A stretch of DNA of 64,000 bases from NCBI GenBank assembly GCA_043228905.1, contig JBHGNT010000007.1, positions 2,604,001 to 2,668,000 on the forward strand. The letters run 5' to 3'. A program made the position numbers and the translations under genes. The notes beneath the pieces are model-generated. The model was not told the origin of the DNA. It worked only from the letters and a program-made list of their open reading frames with translations, and ran no database searches. This document shows, in pieces, positions 50,401-64,000 of this stretch. The stretch's first letter is position 1. Each line of letters opens with the position of its first letter. The stretch is from Azolla caroliniana. Taxonomy: Eukaryota; Plantae; Polypodiophyta.

Positions 50401-53400
50401 TAGGACTACTCACACTACATTACAAGGCGAAATTCCATTTACATTATGGTATGGTGACATACCTGATGTTTCCCATCTCAAAATTTTTGGTACAATAGCC
50501 TATGTATATGTAAATCCACATCACAAATCAACGCTGGATGATAGATGCTTCAGAGGACGGTTCATTGGGTATGGGGAGCAAAATGGTCTCAAAGCATACA
50601 AAATATTCAACCCACAAACAGGTAAAACAGTTTACAGTAGGTCAGTAAAATTTGATGAGTTGTCCCTTGAAGAGAGAAATGGAGATACTATAACTAGTGA
50701 AGATGAAGAAGATCCCGGATGTCTACCACACTTGGCGGAAACTGAGCACAACCATATTTACCCGAATGAGTCGTCTCGGATTACATCTCCTGATGATGCA
50801 GCAAATGAGTCTCCATCACAGATGCACACAAAATCCCAACATCAAGGGACAACCATTGAGAACTGAAGCCCTCGTGTTTCATGTCACAACAACCCTACTG
50901 CATGCTCTCAGCCTGACACGCTAAAAATAATAACCTCATCATCTCCATTAATGGCGGAGAAACGATCTCACAAGTACCAGAAAACAAATGAGAGTAGGAA
51001 TACTTACTGCCGTAGCTGATCTCGACCGCTACTTTATGTAGCTGTCGTAATGGCGCCACTGCCTAGGTGCTCGAAGGAAAACCCACACAAAAATGATAGA
51101 ATGACAGAATCAGCGAGTAGAGCAAAAAAGGGGAACACTAAACCTGTGCAAGAACTCTATGAAACTACAGCTACCATCGACGGGTATTTTGAATCTATCA
51201 TCGACTCTGACATTTCAGCCTTTGCCACATATGTCGAAGATGCAAGCATCGATTTTGCTCCTATTCTAACTCTAAAACAGGTTCTCCAAAGCAATGAAAA
51301 GGAAAGATGGCTACAAGCAGTACAAATCATGGTAGATGCACTGTACAAAAACAAGACATGGAGCTTGGTTCCAAAACCATCAAAATCAAATATTATTAGC
51401 TATAAGTGGTTATTTACAAAAAAAATTGATGCTCAAGGCAATTCTATTCGCTTCAAAGCTCGACTGGTAGCTAGAGGATTTACTCAGATTCCAGGGGTTG
51501 ACTATCATGAGACTTTCTCTCCAACACTTAAACTCACTTCTCTTCGTCTCATATTTGCCATTACTGCATATTTAAATTTAGAACTCCATCATGTATACAT
51601 TAAGACAACTTTCCTACATAGAGATTTGAAGGAGGATATCTACATGGAGCAGCCGCAATACTTCAAGATAATGCACATCCTGACTATGTATGCAAATTGC
51701 ATAAACCTCTCTATGGCTTGAAGCAATCACCGTATCAATGGTATTCCAAAATCCATACCTTTCTACTTCACAAGGGTTTTATGTAACTACAATCAGAACC
51801 AACATTGTACATTTGCAAGCAGGATTCCAATTTCCTCTTATTAGGAGTTTATGTGGATGACTTACCAATTGTTGGTACCTCCCAACATGACATTCTTCAA
51901 ATTGTCAAGGAGTTACAAACTTCCTTTCCCACCAAGCACCTTGGAGAGCTTGAATACTTTCTTGGTCTAGAAGTCAAGCGCAAGCACAGTATGGGAATCC
52001 TCTCCATCTCCCAGAATGAATTAGTTGATGGTATTCTTCAAAAGTTTGATATGATGGATTGCTCCTCCATTGCTACTCCACTCACTGTTCCTTGCCATCT
52101 ATCTAGTTCTGACTCCCCCCTCTACTCCAGAAGAAGTTGCTTTTATGAAGAATATACCATATCGCCAAATTCTTGGTAGTTTGCGGTACTTAGTGAGCTG
52201 CACCCACCATGACCTATCATTCTCCACAGGTTTTCTATCACGTTTTATGGAGCATCCATGCCCCCGTCATTGGGAAGCCTTGAAACGTGTCCTCCGATAC
52301 TTAAAATACATGCGTGATATGACCTTCTCTTACAAAGCCTTGCCCACCTTCTCTAAAGGTGGAATGGTGGCTCCACTACATGGCTGGAGAGATGCAGACT
52401 AGGGTGGTGACAAAGATACCTCACGATCTACATCCGGATATCTCTTCACATTCAATGGTGGTGCCATCACATGGAAGACAAAGAAAAAATCTATTGTGGC
52501 ATTGTCCTCCACAGAGGCTGAATATTTTGTTGTCACCTTGGTTGCCACATTTTTTATGAACTCAACATTATCCACATTAATGAGTTCCAACTTTGGTGTG
52601 ATAATAAGTCATGTTTACAATAGCACAGAATCCAAAGATCACTGAACAGAACAAGCACATTCGGGCCCACTATCATTTTTTGTGCGAAATATACCATTCG
52701 CCTTGATTATACTCCTACCCTCCACATGTGGGCGGATTTCTTGACCAAACCAGTGCCTGCTGTCAAACATTGATCTTGTTGCCAACATGTTGGACTCAAA
52801 TGTGGTGCTAGAGTTACGGGAGGGTGTTAAAAACAACAAAACAGTTTTAGAGCAACTACTTTTAGTTGCCACATTAACTCTACACCACATCTATATTAGT
52901 TACTATTATTAACTATAATTACTGTTTTATTTTTATTAGTAACTTTATTTTTCAAACACATCTGACGTTCCCTCCACTTCCTTTATTATATAAAGAGGAA
53001 ACCAGGAATGTTAGAGTGTGGTGTTAGTATGCTCTAGTTGTTGTAGCAATTAACCCTTGTAGTTGTATTCCAACCTGTAATCCCATCTTATTATCTATTA
53101 CATAGCAATTGCAATTCTCCTCTTTTCTGTTCATGTATCTCTCATTTCCTTACAAACTTGGTTTTTTCATCACTTCAGGCTCTAAATAAATAAAAACAAA
53201 ATAAATAGAAAAACCAAAAACCAAAAACCAAAAACCAAAACTTTAAACATGAACTCCATACATTGTATCGAGTTCATATCGAAAAGTCAAATTTTCAACA
53301 CGAACTCGATACAATGTATCAAATTCATATTTAAAGTTTTTTTTTCCAAAAAATATAAAAAATAAAACAAAATAAATTTGTTTTGAAAAAATAAAACAAA

Positions 53401-53825
53401 TTACTTTAAACATGAACTCGATACATTGCATTGATTTGTGATGAAAAATCTAGTTTTTTTCATCAACTCAAGCTCGATTTTTTTAATTTTATGTTAACAA
53501 ATCTAAGAAAGAAAACTTTGAACATGAATTTGATATATTGTATGGAATTGTGATGAAAACTTTGTTTTTTACATTAACTTGATACAATATATCGGGTTCA
53601 TGTTTAGAAATCTTCTTTTTTTTTCAAATAAAAGAGGTTTAGGGTTTACATGAACTCGAATTGTACTAAAATCTCTGTTTTTACAAGAGTAAAAGATGCA
53701 TGTCGATACTGTAAAGAAGTATGTTTCAGAACAAGATGCCTTATGGTGAACATGTGCTTCCTTGATTAACAAAAAACCATTAATAATGGTGTTGATGGTA
53801 ATTGAACCTTGCAAATGCCATTTAC
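47415..53825. repeat. Foldback-type long inverted arms (~47415-47930 versus ~53240-53825)
   Basis: GTAAATGGCATTTGCAAGGTT.. pairs with ..AACCTTGCAAATGCCATTTAC. The internal unit tttaaacatgaactcgatacattgtatcg is repeated. Confidence 0.8.
47933..53154 (+). mobile_element. Second Ty1/Copia element (short LTRs, degenerate)
   Basis: LTRs 47933-48259 and 52825-53154. TSD AACTC/AACTT. PBS TGGTATCAGAGC at 48260 and PPT GGGAGGG. Fragments of gag, WYLNNGATHH, LVHTNLCGP, ARLVARGF and YVDDL. Confidence 0.93.
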
Positions 53826-54470
53826 TTCACAAATTTTGTAGGGGAGTTCTCAAAATGAAGAAGAGGCGAGCATTGTGGATACCTTGATAACTATGTGATA
53901 TGTTTAAATTGATATATTAATGTTTAATACATCTAAGTTTGGCAGTTTTGATAGTTTATGAATATCATCTACATTTTAGGAGTTATGGATTTATCAAAAT
54001 TATTTATGAATATTGTATACATTTCTTGAGTTCTGAATTTATGGATGTTAATGAGCACTAAATTTATAGATGGTGGCATTAAGGATTACAGTGTTACCTC
54101 TTATACATAAAACATTTTCAAGTCTAACAATAGATGTAACTTCCACTTCTGGAACCTACATCTCCTCAAGATGGTGAAACCATTAATCTTAACTTGTGCC
54201 TTGAGTTAACCATTATGATTTTCTTTAAGTTAACTACATTTCATATCTGCAAACCATCAACATTTAACCATTTATTGAAAAACTATTCAAATTTAGAAAT
54301 TATCATTTTGAAACTTGTTAAATCTCAAAAAATTAGCAAATTTTACATGTTATTTAAAACATGTGATACTAGTGTATCAAGTTCCTGAAAATTGCCTAAA
54401 ATCGCAAGATATAAAAGGAATCTAAAGTGGAATGTGCGATCCTTCCACTTGTGAATGCGAACGTGTTTAG

Positions 54471-55815
54471 GCTGAAAGTACAAGCAAAAGAGCACTTGGG
54501 CAAGCATGATTTAGACCAAAACACTCCATTGTGGATCATTTGGTCACATTGAGAGTAATCATGGAAGGGAGTTGACTACAAGGAAAAACACTTTATTGTT
54601 GTTTTGTTGATTTAAAGACAGCTTTTGATACTGTACCATGAAGTGAGCTTTGGAATAGAATGGTAGAGATTGACATGCCATTAGAGTACCGAGTTGCTGT
54701 TGCATGCCTATATGAACAAGTTAAATGCCAACTAAAAATGGATAGTGGATTCTCAAAGCACTTTTTAAGTAACATGGGGATCAAGCAAGGATGTCCACTA
54801 TCACCCACACTCTTTGGCTTATGTATTGATAAATTAGAAGAAGTGGTGAATAAAGTTGCAAGAGAAGAAGGATTGAATGCCCTCAACTTGATGCAACATG
54901 TTATCTTATTGCTTCTATATGTAGATGATGTGGTACTCTTCTCATATGTTGACAGTATGCAAAATTTACTTGTGGTATTAGAAGAATTTTCCCATAGTAG
55001 TGGACTAGTAGTGAATGTGGAGAAAACAAAAATGACGGTAGTACAAACCATCCAACCTCATTATTACCCTATGCTCACATATAGAGGTGAACATACAAAA
55101 TTTGTTCAAAGCTTTAAATATATTGGTATTGATGTACCCGACACAAATAAATGGAGGGCATGCTTTGATTCTAGGCTCCAAGCCGATTGGAAATTGTATT
55201 ACCTTTTGGAGAACCAATGCAACCAAAGTGATACTTGTGGATGGGACGTAAAACTAATGTTGTTCAATGCCATGGTAACTCAAGTATTGCTTTATGGAGT
55301 AGAAGTATGGGGTGGCACCATCTCTCTTAATGCATGGAATGAGATTCAGAAAATTCAAAGATGTTTTTAAGGAGGCAATTAGGAGTTAAATGCACTACCT
55401 CTTACCAAGTTATGATATTGGAAACAGGTGTTCGACCCATAGAACTATTGGCACTCCAAAGAGTATATAAATACATTACAAAAGTCAAGAATATGCGGAA
55501 TCATCGATTACTACATTTTGCTTGGAATGTTGGATGTAAACTACAAAAGAATCATAAAAGTAAGATTCTCTCATCCGTTTGGGTTGTTGACATAAGGAAA
55601 TGGTTTAGAAGATGGGGTTTGGATGATCTTTTAGACCTTTCGGGCAATGATATGCAATATGTAATGATTAAGGAAAGATTGGTGGAATGATTAAGATGAA
55701 GTGGGAAGATGCTAAGAGGACAAAGCTAGATTACTAATTGCAAATGTCAACCCTGAATGTTGGTCTCAATATAAAGCAATAATGCCTATTGATTGTATCC
55801 AACCTTATCTCATTG
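54471..55815 (+). mobile_element. LINE 3' part (reverse transcriptase)
   Basis: CCFVDLKTAFDTV, GIKQGCPLSPTLF, LLYVDDVV, FKYIG and LLYGVEVWG. Confidence 0.9.
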
Positions 55816-55816
55816 C

Positions 55817-56928
55817 CAATGCTTGATTTTACCCTTGCTAGGGACAACTGCTTTCCTTCCGGCCCAACGTTGCCCAATGTGACAACTAACATCACCCGAC
55901 TATCCGGGAGGGAACCGAGCAAGAGCAATGCGAGTACCTCATCGGCGAGAGGTACTTCCAACGAGATTGCTTGATGTATGAGCCCCTGTAAGGCATTCAT
56001 GTGCTCTCTGCCATACTGGATCCGTCTTGGTACCGGAGCCTCACTAGCTTCCGGAATACCGAAACCCGATTAATGGCATTCTTGTTCTGGAACATGATGT
56101 TGATCTTCTCCCAGAGTTCATGAGCCTTGCTCTCTTCATTGAAGTTGTTGTACAGGCTCATGTTGATGAAGCACCAGATGTATGTCGTCGTCTTCATGTG
56201 CATCAGCTCCCACACTGTGGCGTTGATCTTATCCCGTCTCTTGTCCCCGAACTGAACCGACAACCAAAGATCTTTAAACACTAGCATGTCCCTCATCTTC
56301 GACTTCCACATTGAGTAATTGGAGCCTGTGAGCTTGAACATGCCACCGAACGATTCTTCCATTTTCTGTGTTGTTCGCTCTGATACCAGTTTGTGAAGAA
56401 TAGCGCGGAATATTGCTCGGCCACAACCGAATCTTGAATCACAGAAATAGGAATGAACGAGAGAGTACACATGATGTTTACATGGAAAACCCTAATAGGG
56501 AAAAACCACGGGAGCCCACAGACTCCAACTATTACTATATGAGAGAAAATACAAACTAGAGGCATAGAGGCAATGACCTCATGGTCGTGATCTTTGCCAA
56601 ATGGCGGTTACAACAGAGAGCGCTTGTAGCCAGTTTGTCGCTCTCTCTCTCTCTCTTTGTCGCTCTCTGTACAGTAATTATGCACATACAAAACTATGAC
56701 AAATCACACATATATGTGTTTGCCCTAGGTCATATTTATACTAATATGACTTTAGGGCTATTTACAGATATAGTCCCAATGGGCTTACTTAGAACATATT
56801 TACAAATGTGTCCTATCATTCGGTGAGTCATGTCATCCGACACTTGCCGGGTTCTCTTCATCCGGTTCTCACCGGGTACTCCTCATCCGGCTCTTTCGAT
56901 CCCATCCGGAGAGACCGAAATCCCAACA
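55817..56928 (-). mobile_element. Truncated Copia (5' LTR 56392-56928, PBS and gag) related to the element at 468-5783
   Basis: Gag is near-identical to 3994-5133 (DLWLSVQFGDK, LLLGSLPDS). PBS at ~56377-56388. The LTR ends in ..cccaaca. Confidence 0.9.
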
Positions 56929-57840
56929 ATCGACCCCCACTAAACAACACATCCTCTGACATGTGCCGACGTGGGAAGTAGTGGAGAATTCCGGGTTGAG
57001 CCTTACTTGTCTTCCTCCGCTCTGTCGCCAATCCAATCTACCTCCGACTCTTCGTACTCATCAATGTCCTCATCCTCCATCTCCGGATCTGGTCTTGCAT
57101 CTTGCCACTTCTTGAAGGCCTTGACCCGCTTCCCCGCAACTGGCACGACCATCCTCATCCCGCCGATCTCCGAGAGGTGGTACGTGGCATTGTCGTTGGC
57201 GCTCGTCACTACGAACATCCTGAACCACCTTCTTGCGAATTTTCGTGTCGACTGGTGCTGGTTGTCGAGGCTACTATCGTAGACTAGCACCCAATCACCT
57301 TCTTTGATCTTCCTTGGTCGTAGTCGGTGGACCTGGTTGAACCGTTCCTTGTTCTTCATCTGCACCTCCTTCACCCTCTCCCTTGCTCGCTCCACGTCTT
57401 CCGGAAGTCTCTCGAGTTGTCAAATTCGCACGGCCAACGACTCTTCCGAACTCATTTCATCCTACCAGTTGACCGCCATCCACGAAGTGATCGTCCTCTC
57501 TACTGGCATGATCGGCTTTAGTCTGAACATAAGCTTGGCTAGCATGTACCTTGCTATCGAACTATACGTAGTTCGGTTGGCCCACAACGCATACAACAGG
57601 AGTCGTGGCCAAATTCCAACTTGGCCATTACATGCGCATACTATGGCCTTGACAATCAGCCTGTGCCCCCGCCAAACCTTTCCATTGGCCTCTAGATTAT
57701 ATGTGTCGTGAGAGAGAGTTTGACCCCTAATCGGTCGAATAGCTCCATTGCCTTGTGTGCATCCAACTCCCCTTGGTCGGCCACAATTATTCCCACGCAC
57801 TCGTACCAACAGATCACATCTGCAATGAGGAACCAACTGT
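56929..57840 (-). mobile_element. Ty3/Gypsy integrase C-terminal fragment
   Basis: ADQGEL, YNLEANGK, ALWANRTT, GDWVLVYDS and NATYHLSE. Confidence 0.8.
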
Positions 57841-60800
57841 TGTCCGTCGGAATAGTAACTGATGGACAAGAGCGTAGGAATAAGAAATAATATAAGATCA
57901 TAACGCATGTAACGGTTCACGCAGGACGCGTGAACGGCTAAATAGACCCTGCGTATATAAAGGGCAGAAAACCTCTGATAGAGGGGCGTGTAATTTTGGA
58001 ATGTAAAGGAACGTATCATAATAGAATTCTATCTTCTCTGAAAGTCTGTGTATAGCTACGACTAATCTACTATATGTCTAGAATACTTGAGCGTGTAAGA
58101 ACGTAAGTGTAACCATTGCTAAGGAGTCGGTTGTAGCTGTCTCCCTTATACGCTGATAGGTTACAGGGAACATTCCCCTACACATTACGCATAGACGCCT
58201 ATTCGTTGTTCCACAACCACTTGGGGGTCTAGGTCGAAGGACTAACCGCAAACCGTGTTCCTAAGCGGTAACACTTTTGGCATGCTTGGTGATCTGTGTC
58301 TTCTCACAGACGAGCAACGACGAATGGATGTTTAGCCGTAGACGCCCTAGAGAACCAACACGACAAGACCGACCAATAACAAGGTTCGTCACACGCCAGG
58401 CAGAAGAACGCACACGGTAAAAGCCTCGCCTCAACGACCTCAGTACTACCTGTCGTGATTACAAAGGTGAGTCTTCGCTCTCCAAATACCTCGACGAGAT
58501 GCGGGGAATATGCTCACCACAGCCACCCTGTGGTCTTTCCCGACCCGCCGTAGCCCTCAACATGGCCTTTGCCTACCCCCGCTTTAACGGCGAAACCGAC
58601 GCCGCAACCCATATTCGCATGTTCCTTAATGTCTGGAATGCGAACCACATGGCGCAGAGCCTTTTGGAGGCGGTAACGCAGTAGTCCAAAATGACGGAGT
58701 TCGGGTTAACATTGGATGGGCGAGCGGCGTTTTGGCATTCACAGATGGATTTACCAGCAATCACAACCTTTGATCAACTGCAGTCCGCTTTCTTGCAGTT
58801 CTTCCATCGGAGGGTTCCACAACGCGAAATCCTCGGACAGTTCTACACGATTAAGCAACTGCCGACCGAGACGATCGCAGATTTCAGCTTACGTTTCCAA
58901 AATCTACGGCGGAAACTAGAATGGAGCCCCGCGGAGGACTAGGCTCGAGAAACATTTCTAGCAGCATTACGCCGACCCATCTGGGCAACGCTCAACAACA
59001 ATAGCATGAAAGGGGAAACGACGGATATGGTCATTGAACGAGCGTTACAGCTCGAGTTGGACGAGGAGGAGGAAAGGTTTTCTATGTCCTCCTTACGACA
59101 AGCGTTACCCTAAGATGAGGAACGCTAGTTTCGTGAAGCAATCCAGTGCACGATTTGCTTGAACTCGGGGCATTCCGAAGTGGAGTGCAATATGCGAATC
59201 CACTGCCTAATCTACCACTCGAAGGCTCACACAGTCGAACAATGCGAATACAATATGTTGAACAGAGCCACTCCCGCAGTTCGCAGCATGGACACCCAAC
59301 GTCCACCATGTCGGACTGAACAAAGGAGGCAAGAAGACCGACCACAATATGTGGATCGCAACCCACGAGATGACCAGCACCACCGGAATTGCCGAAATCA
59401 CAACGACTCCGAGGAAGACGAACCAGAGGACGAGGATTATCGTGGACATCCGAGTTATGCTAAAGGGGGCCGGTGCTACGAGAATCATCGGCCGACAAAC
59501 AAACGGGGCGGCTTCAATGGTTATCGTGGTAAGCCGTGGCAATATCAAGATCACCGACGTTACGACGAAAGCTCGAGAGATGAGCGACACCAGGAACAAC
59601 GACGAGACCAACAACAACCACCGCGTGCGTTTCGACAAACAAGGCCGGACCGCGGGGAGCAAGTAGCACTAGGGGAGCGGCACACACCACCAGGAGCCGA
59701 GAAGGGTGAATCAAGCATACATTGTTTTATTTGTCAGCAGCCCAGACATTATGCCACGCAATGCCCAACACGCAAGGGAAAGGGGCCCGTCGTCAATACG
59801 ATTACGGCGGAAGTGCAGCAAGTCACGACACGCCAGCAAACAAAAACGGCTGATTGGGCTACGCAAGACGAGATACGACGACAAGCCAAGGCATGGGTGG
59901 AAAAAGCAAACGCGACCAATACAGAGCGTATGCGGAAGGAGTCCGCGAACACGAGGGAGTGAGCAGAGGACGAAGGACAGGTTCCGGACCCCATTTGGCA
60001 GGCATTAGCAGGTTGCGAGATAACGTTAACCATGGAGAAACTACTGCAGCTAGGCCCACGCTTCCGCCAAACCATGGAAGAACGGGTGACAGGCATACCC
60101 GAGGTGAGCGTTGCTACAAACCTTACAAACATTAGCGACGGACCGCCGGTAGTGGATCCACACAACCTGGCTATTACATTAATATTACACGGACAGGAAA
60201 TTCCTAGATGCGTAATCGATGGCGGCTCAGGCGTCAATGTAATTAGCGCGAAAACTTGCAAGCAATTAGGCATTTCAGAATGGGAGGCTTGCCCATTTTG
60301 ACTCCGAATGGTAGATACCCGCTCAGTACGACCATTGGGGTTAATTTGCAAAATAGGCATTATCGTGGGCGGACATCGTTTCGACATCTCGGCGGTCGTC
60401 CTCGCCTTGGACGCCCCAGGGGCGTACCTAGTGCTTCTAGGCAGACCATGGCTTCTGGCAGCAAATATCAAGCAGAGCTGGCAACACAAGTGTGTCAGTT
60501 TCCGACACGGACACACCAAGGTTCGCGTACCTACGGAAGGAAGCACGCCACAACCCAAGGGTATAACACCATTATACGCAGAAGATATAAATATGTTGGC
60601 TGGGGTGGAGGATGCAGAATTGGAGGCATATCTAGATGAGCACCCATGGATCATTCCGTTGTTCGAAATCGATGTCATCGCAATCGCGGCTGGATATGCC
60701 ACGACCACTATTCTCCACAACAAGGCTTACGAACCAAACCTAGAGTCCATAGTGGAACTTAGCAGAGCACGGGCGGCATTCGAAAGGGAAATGGAGATTT

Positions 60801-63800
60801 CACGACGAGTCACCACGTCTGCCCTGGAAGAAGTAAATGTGGGTACGGAGTCGGAACCCCGTTTCCTCTCCATCGCAAAGGAATTAAGGCCGGACCAGAG
60901 AAACACAATGATCGCACTACTCATGAAATATAAAGATGTGTTCGCTTGGGCTCACAAGGACATGAAGGGGTTAGATCCCAAGTTCTATCAGCATAAGATC
61001 AATTTAGCAACAAATGCAAAACCCTTCCAGTAGCGCCGCTACCGCATGAACCTGAACTACGCGACCCGTGTGAAAGAAGAAATTGACAAGCTCCTGAAGG
61101 CGGGGTTCATACGGCCAATTAAACAAGCACATGGTTAAGCTCGATAGTGGTCGTTCCAAAGAAAAACGGCAAAATACGGGTATGCGTAGATTACTCAAAA
61201 TTAAACGTCGTAACCATTACGGACGCATTTCCGTTACACTTCACCGATAGCGTACTAGACGCCGTCGCGGGACATGAGATGTATAGTTTTTTAGATGGCT
61301 TCAGTGGGTATAACCAGGTACGCATGCATCCTGAAGACCAAGAAAAGACGGCATTTGTCACGGACTGGGGAGTCTATGTGGCAATCGTCATGATGTTCGG
61401 ACTAAAGACGGCGCCGGCAACATTTCAACGGACAATTACGGAGATCTTTGGGGAATACATTCTGGCGTTCATGCAAGTTTTTTTAGACGACTTTGCGGTA
61501 TATGGGAGAACAATAGACCATTTTACGCACGTACAACTATGCATGGAATGTTGCTGCACTGCACGCTTAAGCCAGAATCCCGCGAAATGTGCTTTCGGCG
61601 TGACCAACAGGACTCTCCTAGGCCATATAGTTAGCAAGGAGGGAATAACGGTCGATCCGAACAAGATCTCCTCGATTACACAAGCCAAAACTCCGACAAA
61701 CGCTAAATCGCTCAGCCGGTTTTTAGGACAAATACGGTGGCATAGTCGGATGATACGATATTTGGCAAACTTCTCCACGCCGTTGCATGCTGTCGTACAC
61801 CGGACTCCTTTCCAATGGACTGCAACGGAGGATAAGGCCTATGAGGCACTTAAGATAATGCTCACACAGGCCCCCGTCGTACAACCCCCAGTTTGGGCGA
61901 AGCGATTCCATGTGTTCGTCGACGCCTCAGACATAGCAATAGGAAGTGCACTAATGCAGCTCACCGAACCAAACTAGTACCGGTCAATGTACTACGCTAG
62001 TTGTAAATTATCAACAACAGAGCGTAACTATTCCACAACGGAGCAGGAGGCGCTAGGGATGATCTATAGCATCAATAAATTCCGGCATTATTTACTAGGG
62101 AGGAAATTCACGTTCCACATGGATCATTCAGCGCTGCTATATTTGGTGGAGAAACAAGCCTTGACGGGGAAATTGGTGCAATGGATGCTGCTGCTCCAAG
62201 AATTCGATTTCGTAATCCAGCACTGACCAGGGGCGCAACACGCAGTGGCGGATTTTTTGAGCAGACTCGAGAATGGAGAAACAGTACAGAAAGATGACGA
62301 CGATTTTCCGGACGCCGACATCCTGCAGGTAGCAGCACTAGCAGAAAGAACGGAATCGACCTTTCCGGACCGGTGGCTTATGGAAATGACGTACTTTTTG
62401 ACTACGGGACTGCCTCCACCACAATTACACACGAACGAGAAGAAACGACTAGCCGTCCGAAGCTGTCACTTCTGCCTCGTAGAAGGAGTTTTATATCACA
62501 AAGGAAGTGACGACATTTGGCGACGTGGGGTATGTCAGGATGAGAAGGAAGCAATTTTACGGGAGGCGCACTGCGGCATGGCAGGTGGCCATTACACGGG
62601 CGATGTTACAGCCTGGAAAGTATGGCAGGCGGGCTTATGGTGGCCAACAACGCAAAAGGACGCATCCGAGTATTGTAGAAAGTGTGATTTGTGTCAACGG
62701 ATGCGCCAGCCCGCGGAGGGCGCAAGGATGCCACACCAGCTTGTATTACCGCTAGACCCCTTCCAAAAGTGGGGATTGGATTTTGTGGGCCCCTTCACAC
62801 CGGCGGCAGCTCGTACGGGCAATAAATACATATTGGTAGCTATGGATTATTGCACCAAGTGGGTAGAAGCAAAGGCACTACGTGAAAATACGGCGGCCGT
62901 TACAGCCAGATTCCTTTACGAGCATATCTGGTACCGGTTCGGCTGTCCGATTTGTTGGGAGACAGGTTCCTCCGGATGGGAAGGGAGAAGAACAGTGCCG
63001 ATGAACAATCTCGGCCGAGGCCGAAACCGGAAGAGAAGTACCCGGCTACGGAGAGCCGGATGGTGCAGACCCGGTGTGAACCGGATGAGGAGTACCCGGC
63101 TACGGAGAGCCGGATGGTGCAGACCCAGTGTGAACCGGATGAGGAGCACCCGGCTACGGAGAGCCAGATGACGCAGACCCGGTGAGAACCGGAGGAAGAG
63201 ACATATTCGTAAATATGTTTCTGAGAGCCCATCGTGGCTATATTTGTAAATAGTCGAAAAGTCATATTAGTATAAATATGACTTAGGGCAAATATGTGTT
63301 GTAGTGGTTGTCATTTTCTTGTTGGTGCAAGAAGAAGAGAGAGCACGTAGCAGTGTACAGAGAGAGAGAGAGAGAAAGAGGTCATTGCCTCTGTTGTAAC
63401 CGCCGCCTGTGGCGAAGATTGTGAGTACGAGGTCGTTGCCTCCGTGAACTCATTGTTTTGTACATTCCAACATAGTGATAGTTTGCAGCCTGTGGGCTGC
63501 CGTGGTTTTTCCCTCTTTGGGTTTTCCACGTAAACATTCTGTGTACCTTTTCTCTCCTTTGTGTCGCGTACATTTGTTTCCCGTTTTCTGTGTATGATCC
63601 TAAGCTCGGTTGTGGCCGAGTGTTGTGCATAAGGAGCCTTGAGTTCCCGTCACGATTGAGCTCATCAGTGACCAGGGGAGTCACTTTCTCAATAGAGTGG
63701 TTCGGGAACTAACACATCATTACGCCGTAGTCCATAAAAAGAGAACGCCATATTATCCACAGGCGAATGGGTTAGCGAAATCCACCAACAAGACGTTGCA

Positions 63801-64000
63801 GACCATCTTGAAGAAAATCGTCAATGAAAATAGAACGGACTGGGATACCAAATTACAGAGTGCGTTATGGGCGTACAGAACCAGCTACAAAACAAGCATA
63901 CAGTCAACACCGTTTCGACTAGCGTTTGGGCTGGAGGCTGTGATGCCGGTCGAATTTCAGGTGCCCAGTTTGCGAATTCAGGTACGAGACCGACTATCGG
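57841..64000 (+). mobile_element. Ty3/Gypsy element (5' LTR 57841-58273, degenerate gag-pol, runs off the window)
   Basis: TG..CA LTR followed by PBS-like TTTGGCATGC. Zinc knuckle CFICQQPRHYATQC, protease IDGGSGVN, RT FLDGFSGY/FLDDF, RNase H VDAS and integrase [21 protein letters not shown]. Confidence 0.93.
62953..63652 (+). mobile_element. Solo LTR of the first Copia family inside the Gypsy integrase
   Basis: Reverse-complement homologue of 468-1085 with TG..CA ends. TSD CGATT at 62948-62952 and 63653-63657. Integrase RFGCPI/ELISDQGSHF rejoins across it. Confidence 0.95.

Larger units (their letters stand above)
47092..54467. mobile_element. Non-autonomous TIR element inserted in the LINE
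   Basis: ~32-bp TIR: AACACGTTCACGTTCACAAGTGGAAGGATC at left and GATCCTTCCACTTGTGAATGCGAACGTGTT at right. TAGG flanks both ends. The LINE frame (EQKIST / AESTSKRALGQA) resumes across it. Confidence 0.75.

Overview
Land-plant nuclear DNA: AT-rich, with spliceosomal introns, TTTAGGG-like telo-boxes and nested LTR/LINE elements. A seed-free lineage such as a fern is my inference only. From left to right the window holds: (1) a full-length Ty1/Copia element (468-5783, minus) inserted in a ~160-bp tandem repeat; (2) a Mutator-type MITE; (3) a two-exon secreted-protein gene (8641-9829, minus) closely resembling fungal PL20 glucuronan lyase, a candidate horizontally acquired gene whose presumed catalytic His and Tyr look substituted; (4) four intronless paralogues carrying a KEN box, a D-box and an FR tail, resembling the UVI4/OSD1 APC/C inhibitors, each with the same CHR-like plus E2F promoter module; (5) a 21-exon REV3 (DNA polymerase zeta) gene; (6) a nested TE block (Gypsy remnant; LINE > TIR element > foldback arms > Copia; truncated Copia; two Gypsy pieces; Copia solo LTR). 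The best leads are the PL20-like gene and the UVI4/OSD1-like array with its conserved cis-module. Family assignments come from motif recognition from memory, not from database searches.
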